Below, one piece after another: positions 10,017-19,644 of a DNA stretch of 64,000 nt (position 1 is its first letter; each line of letters opens with the position of its first letter). The stretch covers positions 32,001 to 96,000 of the forward strand of contig JBFWNS010000007.1 of assembly GCA_050250935.1 (NCBI GenBank), read 5' to 3'. A program made the position numbers and the translations under genes. Source of the stretch: Candidatus Margulisiibacteriota bacterium (GTDB lineage Bacteria; Margulisbacteria; Marinamargulisbacteria; JBFWNS01). The notes beneath the pieces were generated by a model. It was not told the origin of the DNA. It did not search any database and saw only the letters and a program-made list of their open reading frames with translations.

Positions 10017-10492
10017 TGCGAATCGGCATGGGTGTGGATGCCCACCGGCTGGTCGAAGGACGCCCCCTCATTTTGGGTGGCATCGCCATTCCCCATCACA
10101 AAGGCTTGTTGGGGCACAGCGACGCCGATGTCCTGACCCACGTTATTATCGATGCCATTATCGGTGCCCTGTGTTTGGGGTCTATTGGCGTCTTATTTCC
10201 CGACACCGATCCCCAGTACAAAGGCATTTCCAGTCTAAAGCTCTTGTCGTTTGTGGTTGAGAAAATGAAGATGGCCGGGTACCGCATCGGCAACGTCGAT
10301 ACGGTGGTTGTGGCCCAAGAACCCAAACTAAAATCGCATATGGAGGCCATGAGAACCTCTTTGGCCAAGGTTCTAGAGGCTTCTCCAACGGATGTCTCTG
10401 TCAAAGCCACCACCACAGAAACCTTGGGGTTTGAAGGCCGCCAAGAAGGCATTTCGGCCCATGCTGTGGTTTTATTGCTCCCTCTTTCATGA
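10016..10492 (+). CDS. ispF: 2-C-methyl-D-erythritol 2,4-cyclodiphosphate synthase
   Basis: MRIG.G.D.H, GHSDADV..H, FPDTD, KATT.E.LGF.GR.EG. Confidence 0.97.
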   Translation: MRIGMGVDAHRLVEGRPLILGGIAIPHHKGLLGHSDADVLTHVIIDAIIGALCLGSIGVLFPDTDPQYKGISSLKLLSFVVEKMKMAGYRIGNVDTVVVAQEPKLKSHMEAMRTSLAKVLEASPTDVSVKATTTETLGFEGRQEGISAHAVVLLLPLS

Positions 10493-11250
10493 TTATTAGT
10501 GTGGATAATGCCCAGCTTAAACGGCTGAGGTGGTTGCTTTCCGATGCCAAGGTTCGCCAGGCCGAACAAGCGTTTGTAATCGAAGGTAAAACCCCGGTGG
10601 CCGATGTGCTTAACCGGTTTCCGTCTCGCATTGAGGTGTTGTTTGTCTCCCACGAATCGACAGCCGACTGGCCGTCTTCGGCTGTGGTGGTGGCCGATAA
10701 GGTCTTGCAACACTGCTCTACCCTGGCCCATGGGACGGAAGCCATGGCCATTGTGTCGCTTCCCCAAGGATCTTTGGTGGAAATGCTTGCGTGCCCGAGG
10801 CCTTTGGTGCTCTTGGATGCGGTTCAAAAACCAGACAATGTCGGGGCCATTTTACGGTCTGCTGCTGCGTTTGGGGTTGGAGGGGTGTTGTGTGGGCCGG
10901 GAACGGCGGATCCTTTTCATCCGGTGTCGGTTCGGGCCATGGGGGGGAATGTGTTCCAGTGTCCCATTGCCAAAGTGCGTTTGGACGATGCTGTGGCTTT
11001 AAAGTCTCGGCCTTGGTTTTGTTTGGCGCCTCAGGCTACTCGCGATTTTTCCGAAGTCGAAGGGTCTGTTCTGGGATGGATTTTGGGCAACGAGGCCACA
11101 GGTGTTTCGGCCCAATGGCAGACGGCCTTGTCTACAACGTCCCTGCGAATTCCCATGGATCCTGGTGTCGACTCGCTCAATGTGGCGGTGGGGGCGGGGA
11201 TTGTTTTTTTTGAGTGGTTTAAAAATCAGTCGAAATTGGGCATACTGTAG
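10489..11250 (+). CDS. TrmH/SpoU-family RNA methyltransferase
   Basis: [31 protein letters not shown]....DSLNVAV. Confidence 0.9.
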   Translation: MIISVDNAQLKRLRWLLSDAKVRQAEQAFVIEGKTPVADVLNRFPSRIEVLFVSHESTADWPSSAVVVADKVLQHCSTLAHGTEAMAIVSLPQGSLVEMLACPRPLVLLDAVQKPDNVGAILRSAAAFGVGGVLCGPGTADPFHPVSVRAMGGNVFQCPIAKVRLDDAVALKSRPWFCLAPQATRDFSEVEGSVLGWILGNEATGVSAQWQTALSTTSLRIPMDPGVDSLNVAVGAGIVFFEWFKNQSKLGIL

Positions 11251-11253
11251 ACC

Positions 11254-11898
11254 ATGGGACTTGGGGCAATTACACCTAATTTTATCCCCCGGCAAATTCA
11301 AAATGTCGAGGCTCAAGAGACGGCTGCAGAAGCTGTTTCCCAACGGGCTGTCCAAGAAATTGTTCAAGATCTTAAAGAGGTCTTAAGCGCGGTTCGAGAC
11401 GCCAATCTGGACCTTAAAGAAGAGGTCACCGCTGGGGTTACCAAAAGACAGCTGAGCAATACCAAAGACGAAGGGCTACACGGCACCATTGCCGAGCAAA
11501 AGCAACAAGCCCTGCAGCGCACCCAGGAAATGGCTCGCCAAGAGCAAATGCAATTTGGCAAACAAAATCAAAATTCAGAAGCCATCAAAGAAGAAATGGC
11601 CGCTTTTTTGGCCACGGACGAGGTGGATCGTAAAACCAAGGCCAAGAAAACCAAGTTTGAAGAGCGCCTCGAGAAATTGGCTCGCCTAAAAGACGTGATC
11701 GATGTGAATCAACTTTCTGGCGAAGACAAACAAGTGGTTGAAGAGTTTTTGGGTAATTTGAATACCATTCAGAACAAACGCGGCGAATTGAAGCGGTTGG
11801 AATCCCAGGAAGTGTATTACGAAGAGCTTCTTGAAAAGAAAAAAGAGCAAGACGAGCGGGATCGCCAACGCCAGCAAGCCCAAGAGAAAAAGGACTAG
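11254..11898 (+). CDS. Hypothetical charged coiled-coil protein
   Basis: 214-aa ORF, E/K/Q-rich; no family recognised. Confidence 0.6.
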   Translation: MGLGAITPNFIPRQIQNVEAQETAAEAVSQRAVQEIVQDLKEVLSAVRDANLDLKEEVTAGVTKRQLSNTKDEGLHGTIAEQKQQALQRTQEMARQEQMQFGKQNQNSEAIKEEMAAFLATDEVDRKTKAKKTKFEERLEKLARLKDVIDVNQLSGEDKQVVEEFLGNLNTIQNKRGELKRLESQEVYYEELLEKKKEQDERDRQRQQAQEKKD

Positions 11899-11901
11899 GT
11901 T

Positions 11902-12207
11902 GTGGCCAAGAAAAGCCTCAGTAAACAACAGGTTAAAGGCATTATTCCCTTCTTAAAGGAATTCAATGGCCTGTCCCGGGTGTTTATTTCTTTATTGAAT
12001 CAAAATGTAGCCGTTAAACGCGAACGGGTTTCCCGCATTGCGGTCATGGTCAGCGACATTGCCAAGCCCGAAGTTCGCCATACCATTAACATCCAAACCG
12101 TGGACATGCGCAATACCACTGTAAAACGGGTGGGCGAAACCAGTTACAATCAAAAAATGGACTGGGAAGCCGACTTTTTAAAGCAGAGGCGGAAGTTTAT
12201 TATTTAG
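11902..12207 (+). CDS. Hypothetical basic protein
   Basis: 101-aa ORF, SD AAGGA before GTG, 3 nt after upstream stop. Confidence 0.55.
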   Translation: MAKKSLSKQQVKGIIPFLKEFNGLSRVFISLLNQNVAVKRERVSRIAVMVSDIAKPEVRHTINIQTVDMRNTTVKRVGETSYNQKMDWEADFLKQRRKFII

Positions 12208-12338
12208 GCGATGCGTAAATAATTTATAGATATTTTTTCTATTTCAAATAGTTTATGACTTTGTTAGAATCAAAGCAAAAGCCACAGGGCAACGCCTCTT
12301 CCCCGGATCAAAGCACCGGTCACAGTCCACAGGAAGGG

Positions 12339-12428
12339 GTGATAGAGGTAGAAAAAATCAAAAAAATAGCCGCGATTTTACTCATCGCGGCCATTATCCT
12401 AGTACTGACCTCGAACGTCCTACACTAG
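12339..12428 (+). CDS. Small hydrophobic peptide, candidate type I toxin (MIEVEKIKKIAAILLIAAIILVLTSNVLH)
   Basis: Read manually; strong SD-like AGGAAGGGGTGAT; basic residues then one TM-length hydrophobic run; exact start codon uncertain. Confidence 0.55.
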   Translation: MIEVEKIKKIAAILLIAAIILVLTSNVLH

Positions 12429-12465
12429 GTTGCTCGACGGGTTTGTGGCTTTTCCCGTCTCTGTA
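12360..12465 (-). ncRNA. Candidate antisense antitoxin RNA
   Basis: Minus-strand TTGCGT-16-TATAAT (12499-12472) and intrinsic terminator GCCGCGAT-loop-ATCGCGGC plus T-tract (12391-12360), inside the small ORF. Confidence 0.5.
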
Positions 12466-12501
12466 TTTTTCATTATACCTGACAAAATTACAAACGCAAC
12501 C

Positions 12502-13860
12502 TCATTTCCCCACACAAAACCGAGAAAAAATGCCGTCTAGAATTTCTTCGGTAAAGGCGTGGCCGGTGATTTCCCCCAGCTTTTGAACCGCTTGTTTAAG
12601 GTCTAGGGCGAGTACATCGTCTTCAAGCCCAGAGCCCAGATTGGCCAAAAAGTGGCGTAGGTCTTGGGACACACTGGCCAAGCAGGCTGTTTGACGGGCG
12701 TTACAAATCAAATTGAGGTCGGATTTTTCGAGGGTCTGGGTAAAGTCGTGGTGCAGCCGAGCTTTAAAGTGGTCCATCCCCGCACCCGTTTTGGCCGAGA
12801 TGGGTAAAACCGGACGGTTTTGGGGCAGATTTTGAATACGGGTGGGCCGATCACATTTGTTTTGCAAAATGTAAACGGTGGGGTGGTGCTTGATTTGGGC
12901 ATAGATGGCTTTGTCTGCCGAAGACAGAGGCTTGGAGCCATCCACCATCCAAAAAATAACCTGGGCGGTTTTAAGCAGGGTTTTGATTTTTTTCATGCCC
13001 AGCTTTTCGATGTAGTCGCTGGTTTTTTCGCGGATGCCTGCTGTATCAATCACATCAAAGACCAGGCCGCCCAAACTGAGTCTGGCTTCGATGAAGTCGC
13101 GGGTGGTGCCGGCTTTGGCACTGACTATGGCCCGATTTTCGCCTAACAATTGGTTTAAAAACGAGGATTTTCCGACATTGGGTTGGCCCACAATCACGCA
13201 GCTGACCCCGTCGGAAATCCATTTGCCAAAATCTTGGGTGGCCAAAAGTTTGGAGACTTCGTCAAGCAAGGTGGTACAGGTTTGGGCGACGGCGTGGTGG
13301 TCGATGGCCTCGACTTCGTCTGGAAAATCGATAGAGCCTTCCACTTGTTCGAGAATACGTAACAGGCTTTCACGAATCCCGTGAATGTGGGTATACAGTT
13401 TGCCATGAAGATGATTCAGGGCCACGGCTTGGGCTTTTTGGCTGTTGGCGTGTATCAGTTCGCCCACCGATTCCGCTTTGGTCAGGTCGAGTTTGCCGTG
13501 TAAAAAAGCCCGTTCTGTAAACTCCCCGGGTTTGGCCAGGCGGGCACCCAGTTCCAAGCAGAGACCCAAAACCTGATTCAAAATTAGGGGATTGCCGTGG
13601 CAGTGAAATTCCACCACCGATTCGCCCGTGTAAGAATGGGGTTGCTCAAAAAAGAGCAAACACCCGTCGTCGACGGCATCTTTTGTGGTGGGGTGGGTCA
13701 GGGTTCCGTAATAGAGGTATCGGGGTTTGGGGATGGTTTTAAGGGGAAACAATTGGGTGGCAATGGACAAAGCCTGATTGCCAGAAAGTCGAATAATGCC
13801 AATGCCGCCTATCCCCAACGGGGTGGCAATGGCGGCAATGGTGTCCAGTTCTAGTGCCAG
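12502..13860 (-). CDS. mnmE: tRNA modification GTPase MnmE
   Basis: DTIAAIATP.G.GGIGIIRLSG, SYTGE.VVEFHCHG, GEFTERAFL.GK, G.PNVGKSS, GTTRD, C-terminal FCVGK; conserved N-terminus implies CTG start at 13860. Confidence 0.96.
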   Translation of the reverse strand: MALELDTIAAIATPLGIGGIGIIRLSGNQALSIATQLFPLKTIPKPRYLYYGTLTHPTTKDAVDDGCLLFFEQPHSYTGESVVEFHCHGNPLILNQVLGLCLELGARLAKPGEFTERAFLHGKLDLTKAESVGELIHANSQKAQAVALNHLHGKLYTHIHGIRESLLRILEQVEGSIDFPDEVEAIDHHAVAQTCTTLLDEVSKLLATQDFGKWISDGVSCVIVGQPNVGKSSFLNQLLGENRAIVSAKAGTTRDFIEARLSLGGLVFDVIDTAGIREKTSDYIEKLGMKKIKTLLKTAQVIFWMVDGSKPLSSADKAIYAQIKHHPTVYILQNKCDRPTRIQNLPQNRPVLPISAKTGAGMDHFKARLHHDFTQTLEKSDLNLICNARQTACLASVSQDLRHFLANLGSGLEDDVLALDLKQAVQKLGEITGHAFTEEILDGIFSRFCVGK

Positions 13861-13866
13861 AAAAAG

Positions 13867-14499
13867 CTAGCCTTTTCTCTTTTCCAAAACCACGTGACGG
13901 ATTAATCCATCGCCCACACTAAACGAGCGGATGCGGGTATCGTTTTGAAACAACATGTGTACCATGCGCCGTTCGGTGGCATTCATGGGACGCAGTTCGG
14001 CTTTTCGGCCATTTTCGATGACTTGTTTGGCGGCTTTGATGGCTTGGGCACGGAGGGTTTGCTCCCGTTTTTTGCGGTAATCTCCCGCATCGATCACCAC
14101 TTGCATGGATTCGCCAAGGGCTTTGTAAGAAAAGGCTTTTAACAAGGTTTGCAAAGCTTCGAGGGTGACCCCATCTTTGCCAATTAAGCGGCCGGTGTCT
14201 AAATCGTTGACGATGTCGAAAAACAGGCTGGTCTCTGTGCGGTTAACCAATTCCACTTGGCCCGTAAAACCAGAGAGGCGCAAAATTTCTTCAAGCTTTT
14301 GTTTGCAAAAGTCTGACAATGGGGTTGGGGTGGTGTTTCGAGGGGCTTCGGTTGTTGTATCTTGAAAATCGTCGCCAAATACTGTGGCTTCGGCCTCTTT
14401 TTGGGTTTGTTCTAGGGCATAGTCCCGTTGCTGTTTTTCTTCTTCAGAAATGGCTTTGCTTCGGGTGAAAAAACTAAAAAAACCACGTCGTTCTGACAT
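13867..14499 (-). CDS. jag: Jag/EloR (KhpB) KH-R3H RNA-binding protein
   Basis: GRLIGKDG.TLEALQ (KH), PMNA.ERRMVH (R3H); synteny. Confidence 0.92.
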   Translation of the reverse strand: MSERRGFFSFFTRSKAISEEEKQQRDYALEQTQKEAEATVFGDDFQDTTTEAPRNTTPTPLSDFCKQKLEEILRLSGFTGQVELVNRTETSLFFDIVNDLDTGRLIGKDGVTLEALQTLLKAFSYKALGESMQVVIDAGDYRKKREQTLRAQAIKAAKQVIENGRKAELRPMNATERRMVHMLFQNDTRIRSFSVGDGLIRHVVLEKRKG

Positions 14500-14515
14500 T
14501 GTTAATTCTCCTTAA

Positions 14516-15193
14516 TTAAGACTCTGTATTCGTTTTCATAACCCACAGTTGATGGGCAGTGGACAGAAGCTGAGAGGCTGCCCAGTACAGCAAAACCCCA
14601 GCAGGCATTTTAATGGATACAAAAAACATCACGACGGGCATGAAGATAAACAATGCGGCTTGTTTGGGGTCGGTAATAAACAGTTTTTGAGACCAATACG
14701 TCGAAGCGGCAATCAAGACTGGCAAAATAAAGGTGTGATCGGGAATGCCCAAGCTGGGAATCCAAGCGAATTGAGGAAAAAATGGAATGGTGCCAACGGG
14801 GAATAATCCAGGATTAACGCCGGGTTGAGCAATCAAGGCTTGGAATAAAGGACTTTTAATGGTGTAAAAAATGGCAAAAAAGACGGGAAGCTGGATTAAG
14901 GCTGGCAAACAACCACCGAAGGGATTTGCATTGTTTTCTTTCCAAACGCGCATCATTTCTTTTTGGAGTTTTTCGGGTTGGCCTTTGTATTTTTCTTGAA
15001 TGTCTTTGATGAGGGGTTGGATTTTTTGATTCACCAACATGGCTTTGAATTGTTTTTGGGTGAGGGGAATAAAGAGCAGTTTAACCAATAAAGTCAGCAT
15101 TAAAATGGCGACGCCATAGTTTGGAATAACGCTATAGGAAAACTTCAAAAAGGGGATCATTATTTGTTCGACAAGAACGTGAAAAAGGTTCAT
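14516..15193 (-). CDS. yidC: Membrane protein insertase YidC (short form)
   Basis: NYGVAI..LT..VK, NPFGGCLP.LIQ.P, PAG..LYW. Confidence 0.95.
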   Translation of the reverse strand: MNLFHVLVEQIMIPFLKFSYSVIPNYGVAILMLTLLVKLLFIPLTQKQFKAMLVNQKIQPLIKDIQEKYKGQPEKLQKEMMRVWKENNANPFGGCLPALIQLPVFFAIFYTIKSPLFQALIAQPGVNPGLFPVGTIPFFPQFAWIPSLGIPDHTFILPVLIAASTYWSQKLFITDPKQAALFIFMPVVMFFVSIKMPAGVLLYWAASQLLSTAHQLWVMKTNTES

Positions 15194-15417
15194 GGGTGCT
15201 CCTTAACGGGAATGGCTGGGTCGAATCCGCCCCGATGAAAGGGGTGACAAGAGCCCAAGCGTTTGATGATTTTAGGAAGGGCAACAGAAAGGGGAAAGGC
15301 GTCGAGCACGTCCAATGCATAGACCGAGCAAGTGGGATGGAAGCGGCAGCGTGGCCCAAGAACAGGCGACAGCGTGTACCGATAGAGGTGAATGAGGGTT
15401 CTCAGGACAACTTTCAT
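15190..15417 (-). CDS. yidD: Membrane protein insertion efficiency factor
   Basis: Y...LSP..GPRCRFHPTCS.YA, CHPF..GGFDP. Confidence 0.95.
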   Translation of the reverse strand: MKVVLRTLIHLYRYTLSPVLGPRCRFHPTCSVYALDVLDAFPLSVALPKIIKRLGSCHPFHRGGFDPAIPVKEHP

Positions 15418-15749
15418 AGGTCGTTTTTCTTGCTCAGATGGTGAAGTAATTTTGAAAATGCGAACAGAACTTCGTCAAACGGTGCAGTTACCAGGGCCGA
15501 TTTTGCCAAAAAAACTTTGTCTACAGGACTGGATAAAAGCTCGGGATGTTGCCTACAAATCTCGCGAAGCCGGCGTTTGGCGCGGTTTCGTTTGACAGCG
15601 TTGCCCATTTTTTTGCCTGCCACAAAGGCAATTTTAGGTTCGTCTTCAAAAGGGGGGGCATACAAAACCCTAAGGAAGCGATTTTCAATGGCTTTGGGCG
15701 ATTGAAACAGGTGGTCGAAATGGCGTTTTTTGCGAATTATACCGCTAAT
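15414..15749 (-). CDS. rnpA: Ribonuclease P protein component
   Basis: [16 protein letters not shown]; frame extends to IRKKRHF near 15737 with no canonical start (ATT/ATA candidates). Confidence 0.9.
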   Translation of the reverse strand: MSGIIRKKRHFDHLFQSPKAIENRFLRVLYAPPFEDEPKIAFVAGKKMGNAVKRNRAKRRLREICRQHPELLSSPVDKVFLAKSALVTAPFDEVLFAFSKLLHHLSKKNDL

Positions 15750-15871
15750 TTATGACGACCTTTGCGACGACGGTTGGCCAATACTCGGCGACCACCGACT
15801 GTTTTAGAGCGAACCAAAAAACCATGGGTGCGCTTGCGTTTACGTTGATTGGGTTGAAAAGTACGTTTCAT
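15737..15871 (-). CDS. rpmH: 50S ribosomal protein L34
   Basis: Manual translation [44 protein letters not shown]. Confidence 0.97.
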   Translation of the reverse strand: MKRTFQPNQRKRKRTHGFLVRSKTVGGRRVLANRRRKGRHKLAV

Positions 15872-15907
15872 GGGACTGTCCTTACTAAAAAAAAACTAAG
15901 GCCAGAA

Positions 15908-16534
15908 TTATATAAGACAGTTCTTGATAGGGTCAAGGCTTTGCAGGGCAGGGAATCGCCTGGAAAGGCCCGTGGTTATATAGGGATGGTAGTGGCTTGG
16001 AAAGTGGTTTTTGTCTCCGCATCCACTGTGAATGATGCCTTGGACCAGCAACCTTTTTCGCAAACGACGCAGGGTTAGGCCCATTACTTTGTCGGGCCCG
16101 ATGGCCAGTTCGTAGGGGCTGTAATAGGTGGCACAATAATGGGGATTTTTGGGGGATGCTGGGGTTGGGTGGGTGGTTTCAAGGCCCAATGTCCGCAAAC
16201 GGGATTGAACGCGTTCTGTGAAAAACCCGATTTTTTCGGCAAGAGACTTGGGCAAGTGGGGGTCTTGGTCGTCGGTGGCATAGGTAAACAACAGATCGCC
16301 TGGAAAATGGAACACCAAGCCGCCACCTGTTAGCCGTTTGGCGGCGTCTATCGTGGCCAAATCTTCGGGAAGGGTTTGGTTGTGGCCAAAGGTGACGCTG
16401 GTGTTTTCCCAGGTGTACCAGCGAATCCACCGTTCTTGGGGACGGCAGGTTTGGGCCAAATGGGCATCGAAGGCCATGTTTTCGGCGGCTGTTTTAAAGG
16501 CAGTGTCGACAGAGTGGGTGGTCCAAGACGGCAT
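15908..16534 (-). CDS. Lipoate-protein ligase/octanoyltransferase family
   Basis: ENMAFD, RWY.W...SVTFG..Q, KRLTGGG.VFH..GDL, KVMG, QG. Confidence 0.8.
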   Translation of the reverse strand: MPSWTTHSVDTAFKTAAENMAFDAHLAQTCRPQERWIRWYTWENTSVTFGHNQTLPEDLATIDAAKRLTGGGLVFHFPGDLLFTYATDDQDPHLPKSLAEKIGFFTERVQSRLRTLGLETTHPTPASPKNPHYCATYYSPYELAIGPDKVMGLTLRRLRKRLLVQGIIHSGCGDKNHFPSHYHPYITTGLSRRFPALQSLDPIKNCLI

Positions 16535-17075
16535 CAAGCCCGGCTCCTTTTCTTCGAATTTGGGGGGTATCGCCAGCACAATCCAGGACGGTGGATGCGG
16601 CTCCCCCCAAGGGCGGCAGATCGGTAGCCATAAAATCGACCCCGGTTTTCAGGGCTTCTGGCACTTCGGCCAAAGAAGTTGGCGTCGGTTGACCCGACAG
16701 GTTCAAACTGGTGGAAAAAAGGGGGTATCCAACCTCGGCAATTAGCGCGCGCAGTTGGGGGTAATTGGGGCAGCGCAGGGCAACTGTGGGGCCGGGGACG
16801 GCGCCTGATAAAAGGTCTTTTTTGGGTAAAATCAGGGTGATGGGGCCTGGCCACAAGTCGTTGGCCAAAGTTTCTTTGTAAACGGCATCAAACAGGGCAT
16901 AGTGGGTGGCCATGGCCTGATCGGCTATCAATAGAATAAATGGAGAGCTAGGGTCTCGGTGTTTAAGCTTGGCGATGCGTTGGGCGTTTTCGGCCGTGGC
17001 AAGCCCGCTGAGTCCCCAGACCGTATCCGTGCCCAGAATCCCTATTTGTCCGGCTTTAAGGGCGGATGCCCACAT
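16494..17075 (-). CDS. tsaC: L-threonylcarbamoyladenylate synthase (TsaC/Sua5)
   Basis: TDTVWGL, K.R....P, WPGP.TLIL, VALRCP, STSLNLSG, STV.D. Confidence 0.88.
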   Translation of the reverse strand: MWASALKAGQIGILGTDTVWGLSGLATAENAQRIAKLKHRDPSSPFILLIADQAMATHYALFDAVYKETLANDLWPGPITLILPKKDLLSGAVPGPTVALRCPNYPQLRALIAEVGYPLFSTSLNLSGQPTPTSLAEVPEALKTGVDFMATDLPPLGGAASTVLDCAGDTPQIRRKGAGLDAVLDHPLCRHCL

Positions 17076-18499
17076 CAGCTCGATGCACCCAAGAGGATGG
17101 ATTTGGCGGTGGCATCCGAGATCAAGCCCCGATTTACTTTGTCGGTGACATCGTGTTTGAGGGAATGGGTTTTGGCTTGGGTTAGCCAGTCGTCCAGGGT
17201 GGTGTTGGGGTTGGGTTGGGCCACATAGCGCAGGTCGCTGATGACGGTGCGTCCCCCCGTTCCAGTGGCTGTTGGCACCAAATGCTGAGAGACAATGCCT
17301 TTGAGGCAATTAAGCAACAAAAACGAATCCAAATTAAATTGAGCCAAGCGCATTAACGTGGCTTGGGGACTGGGCGTGTGAAGGGTGGAGAGAACCAGAT
17401 GCCCGGTATAGGCCGCTTCGATGGCAATGGCTGCGGTTTCTCGGTCGCGAATTTCGCCAATCAGAATCACGTCGGGGTCTTGGCGAAGGCTGGCCCGTAG
17501 GCCCTGGGCAAAGGTATAGCCCGATTCGGGGTTGATCTGAGACTGCCGAATGCCGGGAATCAGGGCTTCGACCGGGTCTTCCAGGGTAATGATGTTGCTG
17601 GTTCTGGTTTTAAGCAAGTGGCTTAACAGGCTGTACACGGTGGTACTTTTGCCAGCACCCGTGGCGCCGGTGACCAAAATCAAGCCGCTTTTGTGGGTTA
17701 ACATGGCTTCGATCAAGGTTTTGGCGGGGTCTGAAAACCCCAGCTGTTCTAGGGGGGTGTCTTGGTAGAGGTGTTTGAAAAACCGCAGGACAAAATCTTC
17801 GCCATGGATGGTAGGTAGGGCCGAAATGCGAACGTCATAAACCAGGTTGTTGTGGGTGATCGACAGACGCCCATCTTGGGGTTTGGTGCTGATGGAAATG
17901 TCCATGCCGGCCTCGTATTTGAGCAGGGATACCCATTCGTTTTTCTGGTCGGTAGGTACGGTGGTTTGAAAAACCAAGTTGCCATGAATGCGAAACACCA
18001 CGGATAGGCCCTCTGCTGTGCTATACAAATGCAGGTCCGAGGCCTCTTTGTCGATGGCTTCGCCCACCACCTGCCAGAGTCGCGAGGGGCTGGACTGGGT
18101 TGCCGAAAACTGGGCGTCCAATTCTGAACTGGAGACCAGATAGAGCTGCACCACCTGTTCGGGGTGGGCCAGGGTTTGGAAATAGGGGTTAAAGGGATTG
18201 TCGGTGGCCAGGCAAAGCACGGTTGGTGTTTCGTAAACGGGAATAAACCGCTCGCGCCGAAGGTCTTCGTCTTGAAAGTTTTGGCGGAGTTTGGGGTCGC
18301 ACAACAGCTCGGTTAAGGCTTTTTGAGCGAACCCGAATTCGGCCGATAGCAGGGGCATCAGCACGGCATCGGGCAACTGGTGTGTGGTTCGAAGCTGGGT
18401 CAGCAAAGACTGGGCAGAAACCTCAGAAAAGCCTTCCAAAGTTTGGGCAGAAACCAAGCCATTGCTCAGGCAGGCTTGAATCAATCGGTGGGTTGCCAT
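17075..18499 (-). CDS. GspE/PilB/ComGA-family assembly ATPase
   Basis: ASDLH, PQDGR, GATGAGKSTT, TLEDPVE, LRQDPDVILIGEIRD, TGHLVLSTLH. Confidence 0.92.
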   Translation of the reverse strand: MATHRLIQACLSNGLVSAQTLEGFSEVSAQSLLTQLRTTHQLPDAVLMPLLSAEFGFAQKALTELLCDPKLRQNFQDEDLRRERFIPVYETPTVLCLATDNPFNPYFQTLAHPEQVVQLYLVSSSELDAQFSATQSSPSRLWQVVGEAIDKEASDLHLYSTAEGLSVVFRIHGNLVFQTTVPTDQKNEWVSLLKYEAGMDISISTKPQDGRLSITHNNLVYDVRISALPTIHGEDFVLRFFKHLYQDTPLEQLGFSDPAKTLIEAMLTHKSGLILVTGATGAGKSTTVYSLLSHLLKTRTSNIITLEDPVEALIPGIRQSQINPESGYTFAQGLRASLRQDPDVILIGEIRDRETAAIAIEAAYTGHLVLSTLHTPSPQATLMRLAQFNLDSFLLLNCLKGIVSQHLVPTATGTGGRTVISDLRYVAQPNPNTTLDDWLTQAKTHSLKHDVTDKVNRGLISDATAKSILLGASS

Positions 18500-18519
18500 G
18501 GCGAGCACCTCCAAGTTGT

Positions 18520-19560
18520 TTAGTCCGAGAACAAAACCTTTTTAAGGATGTCGATTTCTTCCAGCGCTTTACCGGTACCCAAGGCAACACAAACCAGGGG
18601 ATCGTTGGCAATGTAAACCGCAATGTTGGTCTCGGCTTGAATGTGACGGTCAAGGCCTTTAAGCAAAGCACCGCCCCCGGCCAAGGTGATGCCGGTGTTC
18701 ATAATATCGGATGAAAGTTCAGGAGGGGTTTTTTCCAAGGTGGCTTTGATGCCTTCTACAATGATGCGAACTGGTTCCCGAAGGGCTTCGCGAATTTCGG
18801 CGCTGGTGATGGTGAAGGTTTTGGGTAGTCCAGAGACCAGGTCGCGGCCCCGGACATCCATGGTTTTGTCTTCGCCAGTATCAAAGGCCGACCCCAAGGT
18901 GATTTTGATTTCTTCGGCGGTTCTTTCGCCGATCAACAATCGGTAGTTGTCGCGGCAGTGGTTGATGATGGCTTCGTCCATTTCGTCACCAGCCACACGG
19001 ATGGATTTTGCCACAACAATGCCGCCCAACGAAATCACGGCAACTTCTGTGGTTCCGCCGCCGATGTCGACAATCATGCTGCCCGTGGGTTCAGAGATGG
19101 GCAGGTTGGCCCCGATGGCTGCGGCCATGGGTTCTTCAATCAAATAGGCTTCTTTGGCGCCAGCATGATAGGCGGCATCCAAAACGGCGCGTTTTTCGAC
19201 GCCGGTAATCCCAGACGGAATCCCCACAATAATGCGGGGGCGCAGCAGAAAACTGGTGTTGGTTAAGGCTTTTTTAATGAAATATTTCAGCATGGTTTCG
19301 GTGATGTCGAAGTCTGCGATAACCCCGTCACGGAGGGGGCGAACGGCGATGACGTTACCTGGGGTTCTGCCGATCATTTTTTTGGCTTCGTCTCCAACGG
19401 CCAATACGGTGTTTTTGTTACTGTCTAGGGCGACTACCGAAGGTTCTTGAATCACAATGCCGGCATTTTTAGCAAAAACCAGGGTGTTGGCGGTTCCCAA
19501 GTCGATGCCCAAATCGCAGCGCAAATGGGGAAAAAGTTTAGAAAGCAATTGCATAACCAT
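18520..19560 (-). CDS. mreB: Rod shape-determining actin MreB
   Basis: [49 protein letters not shown]. Confidence 0.98.
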   Translation of the reverse strand: MVMQLLSKLFPHLRCDLGIDLGTANTLVFAKNAGIVIQEPSVVALDSNKNTVLAVGDEAKKMIGRTPGNVIAVRPLRDGVIADFDITETMLKYFIKKALTNTSFLLRPRIIVGIPSGITGVEKRAVLDAAYHAGAKEAYLIEEPMAAAIGANLPISEPTGSMIVDIGGGTTEVAVISLGGIVVAKSIRVAGDEMDEAIINHCRDNYRLLIGERTAEEIKITLGSAFDTGEDKTMDVRGRDLVSGLPKTFTITSAEIREALREPVRIIVEGIKATLEKTPPELSSDIMNTGITLAGGGALLKGLDRHIQAETNIAVYIANDPLVCVALGTGKALEEIDILKKVLFSD

Positions 19561-19644
19561 AATTAAAAGCTCCGTTTTGTTTGGAAAAATTGAATAAAAA
19601 ACCCGAAGAAGGGTTATTATACCAGATTGGGTTGATTGCGCTAG

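Noticed and set aside
12277..12453. 6S RNA or c-di-GMP riboswitch
   Set aside because: End-to-end pairing and size fit 6S, but there is no continuous rod with a central bubble or recognisable riboswitch core; the hydrophobic ORF plus antisense unit explains it better
15872..15907. oriC/dnaA upstream of rpmH
   Set aside because: Only 36 bp to the next gene; no dnaA and no DnaA-box cluster
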